From: Candidatus Omnitrophota bacterium
GTDB taxonomy: Bacteria; Omnitrophota; Gorgyraeia; 2-01-FULL-45-10
Length of the DNA: 64,000 nucleotides
Assembly (NCBI GenBank): GCA_041650935.1
Contig: JBAZKH010000001.1
Coordinates: 347,337-411,336 of the forward strand
Direction of reading: 5' to 3'
The translations under genes were made by a program, and so were the position numbers. Below the pieces are notes generated by a model. It ran no database searches. It was given only the letters and a program-made list of their open reading frames with translations, and was not told the DNA's origin. Numbering within the stretch: the first letter of the stretch is position 1; every line of letters begins with the position of its first letter. Positions 7,957 to 17,579 of this stretch are shown piece by piece.

Positions 7957-9461
7957 TGCAGAGAGATATATTTATAAATATCGCCCAGCACGAGAAACGC
8001 GTGGCGATACTGGAGAATAAACGCATCGAGGAGTTTTATGTCGAGAGGCCTGACTACGTGAACCTCGTGGGTAATATTTATAAAGGCAGGGTGGAGTCCG
8101 TCCTGCCGGGGATGGGCGCCGCGTTCGTGAGTATGGGGCTCGAGAAGAACGGTTTTCTTTATGTTGCCGATGTAGTGACGGGCGCGGCCAGTTACGAAAA
8201 GCTGTTGGAAGAAGGCGCCGACGAGGAGATAGAGAGGATGGAGTCGAAGAAGCCGTACCCTTCTATCGCGGAACTTCTCAAAAAAGGCGATGAGGTCGTC
8301 GTCCAGGTAGTGAAAGAACCAATAGGTACCAAGGGCGCCAGGCTTACGACGCATATAAGTATACCGGGCAGGTTTCTCGTCCTTATGCCTTTCGATAACC
8401 ATATAGGGCTCTCCAAGAGGATAGAATCCAGGGAGGAGAGGGACAGGATCCGCAAGATCATGGAGGAGCTGAAACTGCCCAAAGATATCGGATTCATCGT
8501 CCGCACTGCCGCCCAGGGCGCCAGCCAGAAGGATTTTTTCAGGGAGTCGAGATATCTCCTAAACCTCTGGCAGAATATAAAGGCGCGGGCGAGACGGGCT
8601 AAACCCCCGCAGCTTATACACCAGGAGTACGATCTTGTTTTGAGGGTGGCCAGAGATATATTCACCTCGGATGTCTCCAAGCTGGAGATAGATTCAAAAG
8701 CCGATTTTAAACGCATATCGAGGTTTTTACGCATACTTGCCCCGCATCTCCGGCCAAGACTTAAGTTCCACGGTGAGAGGACGCCGCTATTCGAAAAGTT
8801 AGAGATAGAGAAGCAGATCGCCAAGATCTATGACAGGGTCGTCCAGCTTAAATCGGGCGGATACCTGATATTCGACCAGACCGAATCGCTCGTTGCGATC
8901 GATGTGAACTCGGGAAAATTCGTGGGGAAACGGAATCTCGAGGACACGGCGTTCAAGACGAATATCGAATCCGCGGAGGAGATACCGAGACAGTTGAAAT
9001 TGCGCGACCTGGGAGGAATAATCATCATAGATTTTATCGACATGGAATTTGCGGACCACCGGCGCAATGTCGTCAAGACCCTGGAGCGGCATCTTGAGAG
9101 CGACAAGGCCAAGACGAAGATACTCAATATCTCGAGCATAGGCCTTGTGGAGATGACCCGGCAGAGAATGAGAAAGTCTATCGAGGGAAAGAGTTACCAG
9201 AAATGCCCGTATTGCAACGGCCGCGGCATAGTCAAGTCTGTTCCCACGATATCCCTGGAGCTCATGCGTAAGCTCGAACATTCCCTTATGGGCAGCAGGG
9301 CGCGGGACATATTTGTATCTCTCCATCCCGAGGTGGCTTACTATGTGTCGAGCCCGGAGCGCAATATGATAAAACCTCTTGAGCGCAGGTTCCGGAAGAC
9401 GGTGCGGGTAATAGAAGATCCCAACCTGCATATCGAGGATATGAAGATAGAGGAGAAGTAG
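7956..9461 (+). CDS. rng: Ribonuclease G/E family endoribonuclease
   Basis: S1 domain GNIYKGRVESVLPGMGAAFVSMG. RNase E/G catalytic core. About 500 aa. Confidence 0.85.
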   Translation: MQRDIFINIAQHEKRVAILENKRIEEFYVERPDYVNLVGNIYKGRVESVLPGMGAAFVSMGLEKNGFLYVADVVTGAASYEKLLEEGADEEIERMESKKPYPSIAELLKKGDEVVVQVVKEPIGTKGARLTTHISIPGRFLVLMPFDNHIGLSKRIESREERDRIRKIMEELKLPKDIGFIVRTAAQGASQKDFFRESRYLLNLWQNIKARARRAKPPQLIHQEYDLVLRVARDIFTSDVSKLEIDSKADFKRISRFLRILAPHLRPRLKFHGERTPLFEKLEIEKQIAKIYDRVVQLKSGGYLIFDQTESLVAIDVNSGKFVGKRNLEDTAFKTNIESAEEIPRQLKLRDLGGIIIIDFIDMEFADHRRNVVKTLERHLESDKAKTKILNISSIGLVEMTRQRMRKSIEGKSYQKCPYCNGRGIVKSVPTISLELMRKLEHSLMGSRARDIFVSLHPEVAYYVSSPERNMIKPLERRFRKTVRVIEDPNLHIEDMKIEEK

Positions 9462-9489
9462 GGCGTAAAAAAAAGAATAAGAGATACGT

Positions 9490-11304
9490 ATGTGGAAGAT
9501 ACTGTTTCTGGCCATTCTTGCCGCCGCGATAATCCTCAGTATTCCGACATTTAAGAAAGCGCTGCGAACAAACCTTGCCCTGAATACTCAAATTACCGGC
9601 TTGACTGAAAAGTTTGACGCCGGTCACGTCAATGCCGTCCGTAGTATAGAAGAATTCAAGAGTAAGTGCAAGAGCGCCGCGGATAGCGGTACAAAGGCTG
9701 CTTCAACGGACGAAAAAACAATTGAGGGTATAGTCATACACCTCAAGCATGGCGGTGTTGTAAGCGGAAAACTGCTGGCCAGGCGCGGCGACGAATACGA
9801 AGTAGAAGGCAAGACCGGAAAATATGTCATATTGAAGAGCCAGATCGACCATGTAGAGTCTAAAAAGGCGGACGAGGTGATGTGGCATTATAAACACAGC
9901 GTCGTTGTGAAAAAGACAAGCGGCGTGGTGCTCGACGGTGAAATAGCGGGTGTTGATAACGACAAATTAACGATGTCGTTCGATGAGGGCGGGGGCGGTA
10001 TGGAGATGGCTGTTAACAGGAAGGATGTGAGCCATCTTATCTTCGCGCCGATATGTAACAAAGAGAGCGCCGATACGGAGGCGCGCCTGAAGGGGCTCTT
10101 CCCGAAGATGTCGGTTTATAAAGAGGATAATTTTACGCTATTGACGGATGCAGACCCCGCGTGGATCAAATACTATGTAAAGGAATTGAATAACCAGTAC
10201 GCGGAAATATATTTTAAGTTTTTCGATCTTTTCAGGAACCGCAAACAGGAAGGGCAGAACTTCGTGATCCTTTTCGATGATCCCGAAGGTTACATAAAAT
10301 ATACCGTTGCCTCGCTGGGCCCTATGGATGCTTTAGGCTATTTCAATCCCGACGACAGGACGCTTTTTATATATAATGGGTGGGGTGCCAGGATCGAAAA
10401 GATATATCGCGAGTACATCGAAAGGCTTTGCGCGGGCATTGATGAAATCGCTAAGGCGGACAAGACAAGGCTCGACGACGGCGGGTGGAGGATCGTCGTC
10501 GACGGCTATGCGAAGGAACAGAAGGATGTTTTTTGGAAATGGTACAACGTGCACAAAAGGATAGCGCTTGAAGAGACATTCGAAGTGATGCGGCATGAAT
10601 TTGCGCATGAGATATTCCATAATTGGGGACTACAGGGCATAGTTGTGTCGCGCCCTAAGGTAGATAAAGATGCGATGGCTGCCAAAGAGAGGGAGATATT
10701 GGACGCGCTGGGCAGCTCCGACCAGGAAAAAGTAGAAGGCGTTTTCAAAGATCTATATAAGATGAAGAAGGATTATTATAAAGATTTTGAGATGAGCGCG
10801 GCGAATTCCTGGCTGGCGGAGGGTCTGGCATGCTACTGCGAGACGTCCCCGATAGGGGCCGTAAATGAAAGGTTCCTTGCCGGGTACCAGGAGATGAACG
10901 AGAAGAACAGAATAAACCCGCTTGAGTTTCTGACGAATTTCAAAAAAGGGAGTTTTACGGGCCTGGAATACCAGGCCGTGCTGGATGGTTACGCGGAAAG
11001 CTGGGGGCTTGCCAAATTCCTTGTCGATAAGTATCCGGCGCAATTCATCGATTACCAGAAGCGCATGGCGGACCGGATGGTGCAGAAGAAGATTGCCGCG
11101 GGCGCGGAGGATGATTTTAATATGCTGCTGAAATGCCTTGGCAAAGATCTGCCGGCCCTGGAGAATGAGTTTAAAGAATATATGAGCCGCTTCGAGAAAG
11201 TGGATGATCCGTTCGTCAAGATGGTCCTGGAGTACGAAAAGACGTACGATGAGTTTAGGGAGGTCCAGCAGAAGCGGGAGAAGAAGTATATCTATTTTAA
11301 ATAA
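9490..11304 (+). CDS. Putative membrane-anchored zinc metallopeptidase (HExxH...EGxA gluzincin-like; DUF1570-like)
   Basis: N-terminal TM helix. HEFAHEIFH motif followed by WLAEGLACYCE (candidate third ligand Glu). Confidence 0.45.
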   Translation: MWKILFLAILAAAIILSIPTFKKALRTNLALNTQITGLTEKFDAGHVNAVRSIEEFKSKCKSAADSGTKAASTDEKTIEGIVIHLKHGGVVSGKLLARRGDEYEVEGKTGKYVILKSQIDHVESKKADEVMWHYKHSVVVKKTSGVVLDGEIAGVDNDKLTMSFDEGGGGMEMAVNRKDVSHLIFAPICNKESADTEARLKGLFPKMSVYKEDNFTLLTDADPAWIKYYVKELNNQYAEIYFKFFDLFRNRKQEGQNFVILFDDPEGYIKYTVASLGPMDALGYFNPDDRTLFIYNGWGARIEKIYREYIERLCAGIDEIAKADKTRLDDGGWRIVVDGYAKEQKDVFWKWYNVHKRIALEETFEVMRHEFAHEIFHNWGLQGIVVSRPKVDKDAMAAKEREILDALGSSDQEKVEGVFKDLYKMKKDYYKDFEMSAANSWLAEGLACYCETSPIGAVNERFLAGYQEMNEKNRINPLEFLTNFKKGSFTGLEYQAVLDGYAESWGLAKFLVDKYPAQFIDYQKRMADRMVQKKIAAGAEDDFNMLLKCLGKDLPALENEFKEYMSRFEKVDDPFVKMVLEYEKTYDEFREVQQKREKKYIYFK

Positions 11305-11312
11305 GATGCCGC

Positions 11313-11341
11313 TTGACGGGAAAATGACTATATGATATAGT
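11313..11341 (+). promoter_or_regulatory. Sigma70-like promoter (TTGACG-N17-TATAGT) for the rplU-rpmA-obg operon
   Basis: TTGACG at 11313-18, 17-nt spacer, TATAGT at 11336-41, then an AGGAGG RBS before the ATG at 11372. Confidence 0.45.
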
Positions 11342-11371
11342 AATTTTTCTCAATTTCAAGGAGGTATTATC

Positions 11372-11695
11372 ATGTATGCAGTACTGGAAACTGGCGGTAA
11401 ACAATATAAGGTTGCGAAAAACGACGTGATCCTCGTCGAGAAGATAAATGCCAAGGCCGGCGGTGAGGTGAAACTCTCCCATGTCCTCCTGGCTAAAGAG
11501 GGTAATTCCATACATGTGGGAAATCCTTACCTTAAGGGGACGCATGTGGTATGCGAGTCGTTGGGAGAAGTGCGGGGGAATAAGGTCATAGCGTTTAAGT
11601 ACAAGAAGCGCAAGAGCGAAAAGAAGAAGATAGGCCATCGGCAGTCGTATACGAAACTCAAAGTAAAAGAGATCGAGATAGCGAAGATAAGCTAA
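11372..11695 (+). CDS. rplU: 50S ribosomal protein L21
   Basis: [14 protein letters not shown]... canonical L21 N-terminus. Confidence 0.9.
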   Translation: MYAVLETGGKQYKVAKNDVILVEKINAKAGGEVKLSHVLLAKEGNSIHVGNPYLKGTHVVCESLGEVRGNKVIAFKYKKRKSEKKKIGHRQSYTKLKVKEIEIAKIS

Positions 11696-11732
11696 GAAGG
11701 CCGGATCAACTAAAATAGCTAAAGGTGATAAA

Positions 11733-11963
11733 ATGGCGCACGTAGTCAATGGCAGAGACGGACAACCTAAAAATCTGGGTGTAAAACGTTATAGTGATCA
11801 GGTCGTCAAGGCGGGGAACATATTGCTGCGGCAGAGGGGCTTGCGTTTCAAGCCGGGCCGCAACGTAGGTACGGGCAGGGATGGCACGCTCTTCGCCCTG
11901 GTAGACGGCAAAGTGCATTTCGCGCCCAATAAGGTTGTCAGCGTAATCCAGACCAAGAAGTAA
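11733..11963 (+). CDS. rpmA: 50S ribosomal protein L27
   Basis: MAH...[22 protein letters not shown]...[16 protein letters not shown] matches L27. Confidence 0.85.
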   Translation: MAHVVNGRDGQPKNLGVKRYSDQVVKAGNILLRQRGLRFKPGRNVGTGRDGTLFALVDGKVHFAPNKVVSVIQTKK

Positions 11964-12949
11964 TGGACCGGACAGGGTTCATAGACGAAGCAAGAATATT
12001 CGTAAAGGCCGGCGACGGCGGCGACGGCTGCAGCAGTTTATACCGCGACCGCGTCAACAGGATCGGTACGCCCGACGGCGGACCGGGCGGCGGCGGCGGT
12101 AATATAGTATTTGAAGCCGATGGTAATATCCACACCCTCTTAGATTTCCAGTACAGGCAGCATTTCAAAGCCGAATCTGGATTAAACGGCAGTTCCAATC
12201 ACAAGAAGGGGGCCAGAGGCAAAGATCTGCACATCAAAGTTCCTCCCGGCACCATAATAAGAGACGCAGGAACCGGCCTTCTCATGCGGGATCTTGCCCG
12301 CCCGGGCGATAGCGCCGTAATAGCAAGAGGCGGCGGCGGCGGCCGGGGTAATTCCCGGGCCCGTGAGGCGCTTAAAGGCGCTCCCGGCGAGGAGACGACC
12401 GTAACGCTGGAGCTGAAGCTGATAGCGGATGTCGGTATAATAGGTTATCCCAATGCAGGAAAGTCGACGCTTATCTCTAAGATATCGGCGGCCCGTCCAA
12501 AGATAGCCAGCTATCCGTTTACGACCAAGGCGCCTGTGCTGGGCATGATAAAACTTTATGAGGATTCGATCCTCGTCGCGGATATCCCGGGCCTGATAGA
12601 GGGCGCTCACAAAGGGCGCGGCCTGGGGCATAAATTTTTGCGGCATGTCGAGCGGACAAAGGTTCTTTTACACCTGATCGATGCCGCCGCGGCCGATTGC
12701 CGTGACCCGTATTCGGATTACATAAAACTCAATAAAGAACTGAAGGAGTATTCGAAGGAACTGGCAGGGAAAGATCAGGTTATAGTTCTCAATAAGGCCG
12801 ATTGCCCGCAGGCGGAAGAGAATATCAAGGCGTTTAAGAAAAAACTCAGGGGCAAAAAACCGGTTATAATATCGGCCCTTACGGGCGCGGGCGTAAAAGA
12901 ACTGCTTTGCATCGTATATAAAAGCGTGAAGAAAAATGAAAAAAAATAG
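11963..12949 (+). CDS. obg: GTPase Obg/CgtA
   Basis: FIDEARIFVKAGDGGDGC... glycine-rich Obg fold, then GTPase motifs GYPNAGKST. Confidence 0.9.
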   Translation: MDRTGFIDEARIFVKAGDGGDGCSSLYRDRVNRIGTPDGGPGGGGGNIVFEADGNIHTLLDFQYRQHFKAESGLNGSSNHKKGARGKDLHIKVPPGTIIRDAGTGLLMRDLARPGDSAVIARGGGGGRGNSRAREALKGAPGEETTVTLELKLIADVGIIGYPNAGKSTLISKISAARPKIASYPFTTKAPVLGMIKLYEDSILVADIPGLIEGAHKGRGLGHKFLRHVERTKVLLHLIDAAAADCRDPYSDYIKLNKELKEYSKELAGKDQVIVLNKADCPQAEENIKAFKKKLRGKKPVIISALTGAGVKELLCIVYKSVKKNEKK

Positions 12950-14024
12950 ACGGATCGTGGTCAAGGTCGGTACAAAGGTCATAACATCGCGGGATCGCGG
13001 GCTCGATGCTGATCGCGTAGACGGTATAGCATATCAGGTAGAAGCCGTAATGGCTCGAGGCATAGATGTAATTCTTGTGACCTCAGGCGCAATAGGCGCG
13101 GGCATGCAGGTTCTTAATATGAAGAAGAGGCCTTCAGATATTGCGTCCCTCCAGGCGGCCGCGGCCGTCGGGCAATATCATATGATGTATTTATACGGCG
13201 AATTCTTAAAGAAAAGACAATATAATGTTGGCCAGATACTTTTGACTCAGGAGGATTTTAACGATAGAAAACGATATCTGAATATCAAACATACTATCAA
13301 TGCGCTATTGAAGCATAAGATCATACCAGTCATAAACGAAAATGATACAGTCGCTACGGAAGAGATAAAATGCGGAGATAATGACAGGCTCTCAAGCCTT
13401 GTTGCCGATCTCTGCGAGGCAGATCTCCTTATACTTTTAACAGACGTCGATGGTTTACTTGATAGTGGCGGAAAACTTGTCCGTGAGGTGCCGGAGGTTA
13501 CCGCCCAGGTTTTAAAGATGGGCGGACGGAGCCATTGCGATCTTGGAACAGGGGGCATGGCAACAAAGCTAGAGGCTGCTAAGAATGTCACCACAGCGGG
13601 CATCGATTGTGTTATCGCTAACGGCAAAGAAGATCATATTATTACCAAGATAGTGGATGGGAAAACCGTTGGGACTAGATTCGCGGGGAAAGGGGATAAA
13701 GCTCTTGCGCGGAAACGCTGGATAGCATACTCGTCAAGACCGAAAGGAACGGTATCGGTTGACGATGGCGCAGTGATTGCTCTCATTGAAAAGAACAAAA
13801 GTCTTTTAGCCTCCGGCATAGTGGGCGTTATCGGAAATTTCCGGGCAGGAGATGTCATTAGCATATCCGATAAGAAGGACAGGGAGATAGCAAAAGGCGT
13901 AACAAATTATTCAACTCATGAGCTAGCAAAGATAAAGGGTCTTAAGACAGGCGCGTTTAAGGCCGTCCTGGGCATCAAGGGTCCAGATGAAGTAATACAC
14001 AAAAATAACCTGGTGATACTATGA
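12936..14024 (+). CDS. proB: Glutamate 5-kinase (with PUA domain)
   Basis: RIVVKVGTKVIT...ILVTSGAIGAG amino-acid-kinase motifs. C-terminal PUA. Confidence 0.9.
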   Translation: MKKNRRIVVKVGTKVITSRDRGLDADRVDGIAYQVEAVMARGIDVILVTSGAIGAGMQVLNMKKRPSDIASLQAAAAVGQYHMMYLYGEFLKKRQYNVGQILLTQEDFNDRKRYLNIKHTINALLKHKIIPVINENDTVATEEIKCGDNDRLSSLVADLCEADLLILLTDVDGLLDSGGKLVREVPEVTAQVLKMGGRSHCDLGTGGMATKLEAAKNVTTAGIDCVIANGKEDHIITKIVDGKTVGTRFAGKGDKALARKRWIAYSSRPKGTVSVDDGAVIALIEKNKSLLASGIVGVIGNFRAGDVISISDKKDREIAKGVTNYSTHELAKIKGLKTGAFKAVLGIKGPDEVIHKNNLVIL

Positions 14025-15274
14025 ATGCTAAAGGTATAGAGGCGCTTGCAAGGAAGGCCAAAGGCGCATCCAGGCGGCTTGCGCTTATAGATACTAAGAC
14101 TAAGAACAAGGCGCTTGTTGCCATGGCCGCCGCTTTGAGAAAGAGCGCCCCATACATAATGCGCGAAAATAAGCGGGATCTTGAAGCGGCCCGCCGGAAA
14201 GGGCTTTCGCCGGCGCTGATCGATCGGCTTACATTGACCGGGAAGAGGATAGCGTCTATGGCCGATGCCCTTGCGCAGGTAGCCGGCCTGGAAGATCCCG
14301 TTGGGAAGGTTGCCGGGACCACAAAGAGGCCGAACGGGCTTCTCATAAAGAAGATAAGGGTGCCTATAGGCGTAATACTCATAATTTATGAGTCGCGGCC
14401 GAACGTTACGAGCGACTGTATCGGGCTATGTCTGAAATCGTCGAATGCCGTTATCCTGCGCGGCGGAAGCGAGGCCGTCCGCTCGAATGTAGCCATATTT
14501 AATATCCTGAATAAGACGGCTGTTAAGTGCAAAATACCCGCAGGCGCTATCTCGATAGTCGACGATACGGATCGGCGGTTGATCGATGAACTATTGGTCC
14601 AGGAGGGCGTGATAGATTTAGTTATTCCCAGGGGCGGGGAATCGCTTATAAGGGAAGTTGCCAAAAAATCGCGCATCCCTGTCATAAAACATTATAAGGG
14701 TGTTTGCCACACCTACATCGATGCGGATGCGGATCTTGAGATGGCGGCGGATATCGCGTTCAACGCGAAGGTGCAGCGCCCCGGCGTATGCAATGCGATG
14801 GAGACGCTCCTGGTCGACCGCAAAATCGCGCGGGCTTTCCTGCCCTCGATGGTCAGGCGCTTCCGGGATGCCGGAGTCGAGATACGCGGCTCAAAAGAGG
14901 TAAGGGCTATCGCGCGCGGCGTGAGACCGGCGTCGGAAGATGATTGGTATGCGGAATATCTCGATCTCGTTCTGTCGGTAAAGATTGTAAACGGCGTCGA
15001 TGAGGCGATAGACCACATAATGAAGTACGGCTCCTGCCATTCCGATGCCATTGTGACGCGGAATAAGACCCGCGCGGCGAAATTCCTGAAAGAAGTCGAT
15101 TCCGCGTGCGTCTACCTTAATGCTTCGACACGCTTTACGGACGGAGAAGAATTCGGCAAGGGCGCGGAGATAGGCATCTCTACCGATAAGATACACGCGC
15201 GCGGGCCGATGGGGCTCGAGGAGCTGACATCGTATAAGTATGTTGTGTATGGGGACGGACAAGTGAGAAAATAA
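14021..15274 (+). CDS. proA: Gamma-glutamyl phosphate reductase
   Basis: Aldehyde-dehydrogenase-family ProA. Overlaps the proB stop. Confidence 0.9.
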   Translation: MNAKGIEALARKAKGASRRLALIDTKTKNKALVAMAAALRKSAPYIMRENKRDLEAARRKGLSPALIDRLTLTGKRIASMADALAQVAGLEDPVGKVAGTTKRPNGLLIKKIRVPIGVILIIYESRPNVTSDCIGLCLKSSNAVILRGGSEAVRSNVAIFNILNKTAVKCKIPAGAISIVDDTDRRLIDELLVQEGVIDLVIPRGGESLIREVAKKSRIPVIKHYKGVCHTYIDADADLEMAADIAFNAKVQRPGVCNAMETLLVDRKIARAFLPSMVRRFRDAGVEIRGSKEVRAIARGVRPASEDDWYAEYLDLVLSVKIVNGVDEAIDHIMKYGSCHSDAIVTRNKTRAAKFLKEVDSACVYLNASTRFTDGEEFGKGAEIGISTDKIHARGPMGLEELTSYKYVVYGDGQVRK

Positions 15275-15398
15275 TGACAAATTTCAAACCAAATCAATCA
15301 TTTAAATCCCAAGTTCAAATTCCAAATATTTAAATATTTATCATTGATGATTGATTTGTCATTTGGATTTTGTCATTTGAAATTTCTAAGGAGTTGGT
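15275..15398. repeat. About 120-bp AT-rich imperfect palindrome in the proA-nadD intergenic region
   Basis: Perfect 16-nt palindrome AAATATTTAAATATTT at 15325-15340, flanked by inverted arms (tgacaaatttcaaaccaaatcaatcat ... atgattgatttgtcatttgg...tttgaaattt). Confidence 0.4.
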
Positions 15399-15968
15399 AT
15401 GAGAATAGGAATATTAGGCGGTACCTTTAACCCGATACATATAGGGCATCTGATACTTGCGGAGGAAGCCCTTGCGAAATTGAAGCTCGATAAAGTCGTA
15501 TTTGTCCCCACATACATCCCGCCGCATAAGAATGTAGACTCCTCCGTAAAGCCTAAGGACCGGCTGAAGATGGCGGAGCTTGCCATTGCGGATAATACCT
15601 CGTTCGAAGTCTCTACGTTTGAGCTCGATTCGCGGAAGAGGTCGTATTCCGTAGATACATTAAGGGCCTTCAGGAGCCTCTACGGCGAGACCGCCCAGCT
15701 CTTTTTTATTACAGGGTCGGACCTGTTGAAGGATCTGTTTTCATGGAAGAACGTCAATGAAATATTCAAAATGTCCAAGTTCATAGTGGCTAACAGGCCG
15801 GGCTACCCCGTCAAAGATGTGCCGGAAGATGTGGAGACGGTGGTGATAACGCCCATAGAAGTTTCATCGGAAGATATACGCAGGCGCCTCAAGGAGGGGC
15901 GTTCTATAAGATACCTGGTCCCGGAGAAGGTGAGGGGCTATATAACAAAGCACAACCTGTATAAGTGA
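15399..15968 (+). CDS. nadD: Nicotinate-nucleotide adenylyltransferase
   Basis: MRIGILGGTFNPIHIGHL (H/T-x-G-H motif). Confidence 0.85.
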   Translation: MRIGILGGTFNPIHIGHLILAEEALAKLKLDKVVFVPTYIPPHKNVDSSVKPKDRLKMAELAIADNTSFEVSTFELDSRKRSYSVDTLRAFRSLYGETAQLFFITGSDLLKDLFSWKNVNEIFKMSKFIVANRPGYPVKDVPEDVETVVITPIEVSSEDIRRRLKEGRSIRYLVPEKVRGYITKHNLYK

Positions 15969-16020
15969 ACGGGCAGTTTAAGATAGCTTGTTTGCAATCG
16001 TGTCAACAAATACCGGCAAG

Positions 16021-16803
16021 TTAATGGTGTGAGCGAGTAAACAGCCGGGTAATCCGCGCGGCTTTTCCGGCCTGGCCGTTCTTTTCGTAAAGATACGCCA
16101 AAAATTCCAGCATCTTTACGCGATCGGATAACGCGAGGCTTAGTTCATATTTTACCTCATCTATCGCTTCGCGCGTCTTCCCGTTTTTATCATATATGAC
16201 AGCCAGGGCTTGATGTACATGCGTCATTGACCTGTCCTGCGCGGCAAGCGCCTTAAATCCCGAGAGAGCCTTACCGGTCTGCCCCGACATAAAATATGCA
16301 TGAGCCAAATTGAACCGCGCGCGCTTATGACGCGGATCGAAAGAAAGCGCATTTTCGTATTCCGCTATTGCCGAACTTAGGTCATTAGCCGTAGTAAACG
16401 AATATCCGAGGTTGTAATGTATATCAGGGTCATCCGGGTATCTTCCCGCCATCGAAGCCAAAAGCGACCTGTCGTCTTTCCAAAAGAATGTTGCCGCAAA
16501 TGATGAGGCGGCGAAAGCAGCGACTAAGATAGAAAATATCCCGCAGCTTATTATCTTTCGAGGTGTTGACAGCCTGTCCGTTATTCTTACTAAGAACAAA
16601 ACGGCAAAAGCCGAGATCCCGATCAGAGGTAAGGCAAGGAATCTCAATCCCATCAGCGTCGCAATAAATAAGATATGGACCGAACCGATTACCGTCCACC
16701 CCATGAAGAAGATCTCCTTTTTGAACGCGGTGCCATACCTGAGAAAATAATATGATAGAAAGGCGGTCAAGATTACCGTTGAAGCTATACCTGTGAAATC
16801 CAA
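16021..16803 (-). CDS. Membrane-anchored tetratricopeptide-repeat protein
   Basis: N-terminal multi-TM segment, then TPR-like repeats (YNLGYSF..AIAEYENALSFDP, FNLAHAYF...). Confidence 0.55.
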   Translation of the reverse strand: MDFTGIASTVILTAFLSYYFLRYGTAFKKEIFFMGWTVIGSVHILFIATLMGLRFLALPLIGISAFAVLFLVRITDRLSTPRKIISCGIFSILVAAFAASSFAATFFWKDDRSLLASMAGRYPDDPDIHYNLGYSFTTANDLSSAIAEYENALSFDPRHKRARFNLAHAYFMSGQTGKALSGFKALAAQDRSMTHVHQALAVIYDKNGKTREAIDEVKYELSLALSDRVKMLEFLAYLYEKNGQAGKAARITRLFTRSHH

Positions 16804-16923
16804 AGGCTCGACACCCGGGACTTTGAAAGCCTGGATAGCAACCGGGAACGGGAAGATTGTCGATTTGATATAGTAGGGGATGCTTTCAGCCGTTTTAAGA
16901 AGAAATTATAGCATAAATCACCC

Positions 16924-16952
16924 TTGACCTTAGGGCGAATATAGTGTATAAT
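16924..16952 (+). promoter_or_regulatory. Sigma70-like promoter (TTGACC-N17-TATAAT)
   Basis: TTGACC at 16924-29, 17-nt spacer, TATAAT at 16947-52. It sits upstream of the GGAGGTG RBS and the ATG at 16983. Confidence 0.45.
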
Positions 16953-16982
16953 TTTAGCAATTTAAAGGGAGGTGAGATAGTA

Positions 16983-17126
16983 ATGGCAGAAATAGGATAT
17001 TGCGTAAAGTGCAAAGCGAAGAAAGAGATGAAGGATACACAGAAAGTAACTATGAAGAATAAACGCCAGGCAATGAAGGGGAAATGCACCACCTGCGGCA
17101 CTGGTATGTATAAGATAATGAAATAA
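16983..17126 (+). CDS. Small zinc-ribbon protein (CxxC...CxxC; DUF5679-like)
   Basis: MAEIGYCVKCKAKKEM...GKCTTCGTGMYKIMK. I chose the internal ATG with the strong RBS over the 16944 ORF start. Confidence 0.5.
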   Translation: MAEIGYCVKCKAKKEMKDTQKVTMKNKRQAMKGKCTTCGTGMYKIMK

Positions 17127-17221
17127 AATAGGGGAAGAGTTTTATAAAAGCTAAGAATCTGGCGCTGGCCATAGCCGGCGCCGCCTCGGACAAAAAGGCG
17201 CTCGACATTATCATCATTAAA

Positions 17222-17578
17222 ATGAAGAAGATGTCGAGCGTCTGCGACTATTTTGTTATAGCAAGCGGTACTTCTACTACCCACGTCAGAGCGCTATCCG
17301 ATAATATAATCAAAAGCCTGAAAGAGAAGGGGCTGCCGGTTCGACATGTTGAAGGCGAACGGGAAGCCTCGTGGGTATTATTGGATTTCGGTGATGTGGT
17401 TTGCCACCTATTCCTTAAGGATACGAGAGCCTTCTATAATTTAGAAAAACTCTGGGTCAGGGCGCCGCAGGAGTCTTTTGAGGAGCCGCGAAAGCGTAGT
17501 TCGCCGCTCCGCCGTAAAAAGAAGCCGGCTAAAACCAGGGCGAAGAATAAAAAGAGACGTAAAAGAACAGCAAAGTAA
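17222..17578 (+). CDS. rsfS: Ribosome silencing factor RsfS (Iojap-like); true start probably upstream with a non-ATG codon
   Basis: Conserved core SSVCDYFVIASGTSTTHVRAL. In-frame upstream codons encode LALAIAGAASDKKALDIIII, which matches the RsfS N-terminus but contains no ATG. Lys/Arg-rich C-terminal tail. Confidence 0.8.
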   Translation: MKKMSSVCDYFVIASGTSTTHVRALSDNIIKSLKEKGLPVRHVEGEREASWVLLDFGDVVCHLFLKDTRAFYNLEKLWVRAPQESFEEPRKRSSPLRRKKKPAKTRAKNKKRRKRTAK

Positions 17579-17579
17579 A

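Noticed and set aside
7608-9515. Minus-strand ORFs 7608-8402, 8192-8824, 8799-9515
   Set aside because: All are antisense to rng and the pilQ end. The + strand genes carry clear family signatures.
16944-16982. ORF-track start of the zinc-ribbon gene at 16944
   Set aside because: GGAGGTG lies immediately upstream of the ATG at 16983. The shorter 47-aa product matches small CxxC…CxxC ribbon proteins.
17478-17579. N-terminal extension of argS from 17478 (MRSRESVV…)
   Set aside because: It overlaps rsfS in another frame and is Arg/Lys-rich nonsense. The conserved ArgRS N-terminus begins at MQYGG (17580), 1 nt after the rsfS stop.
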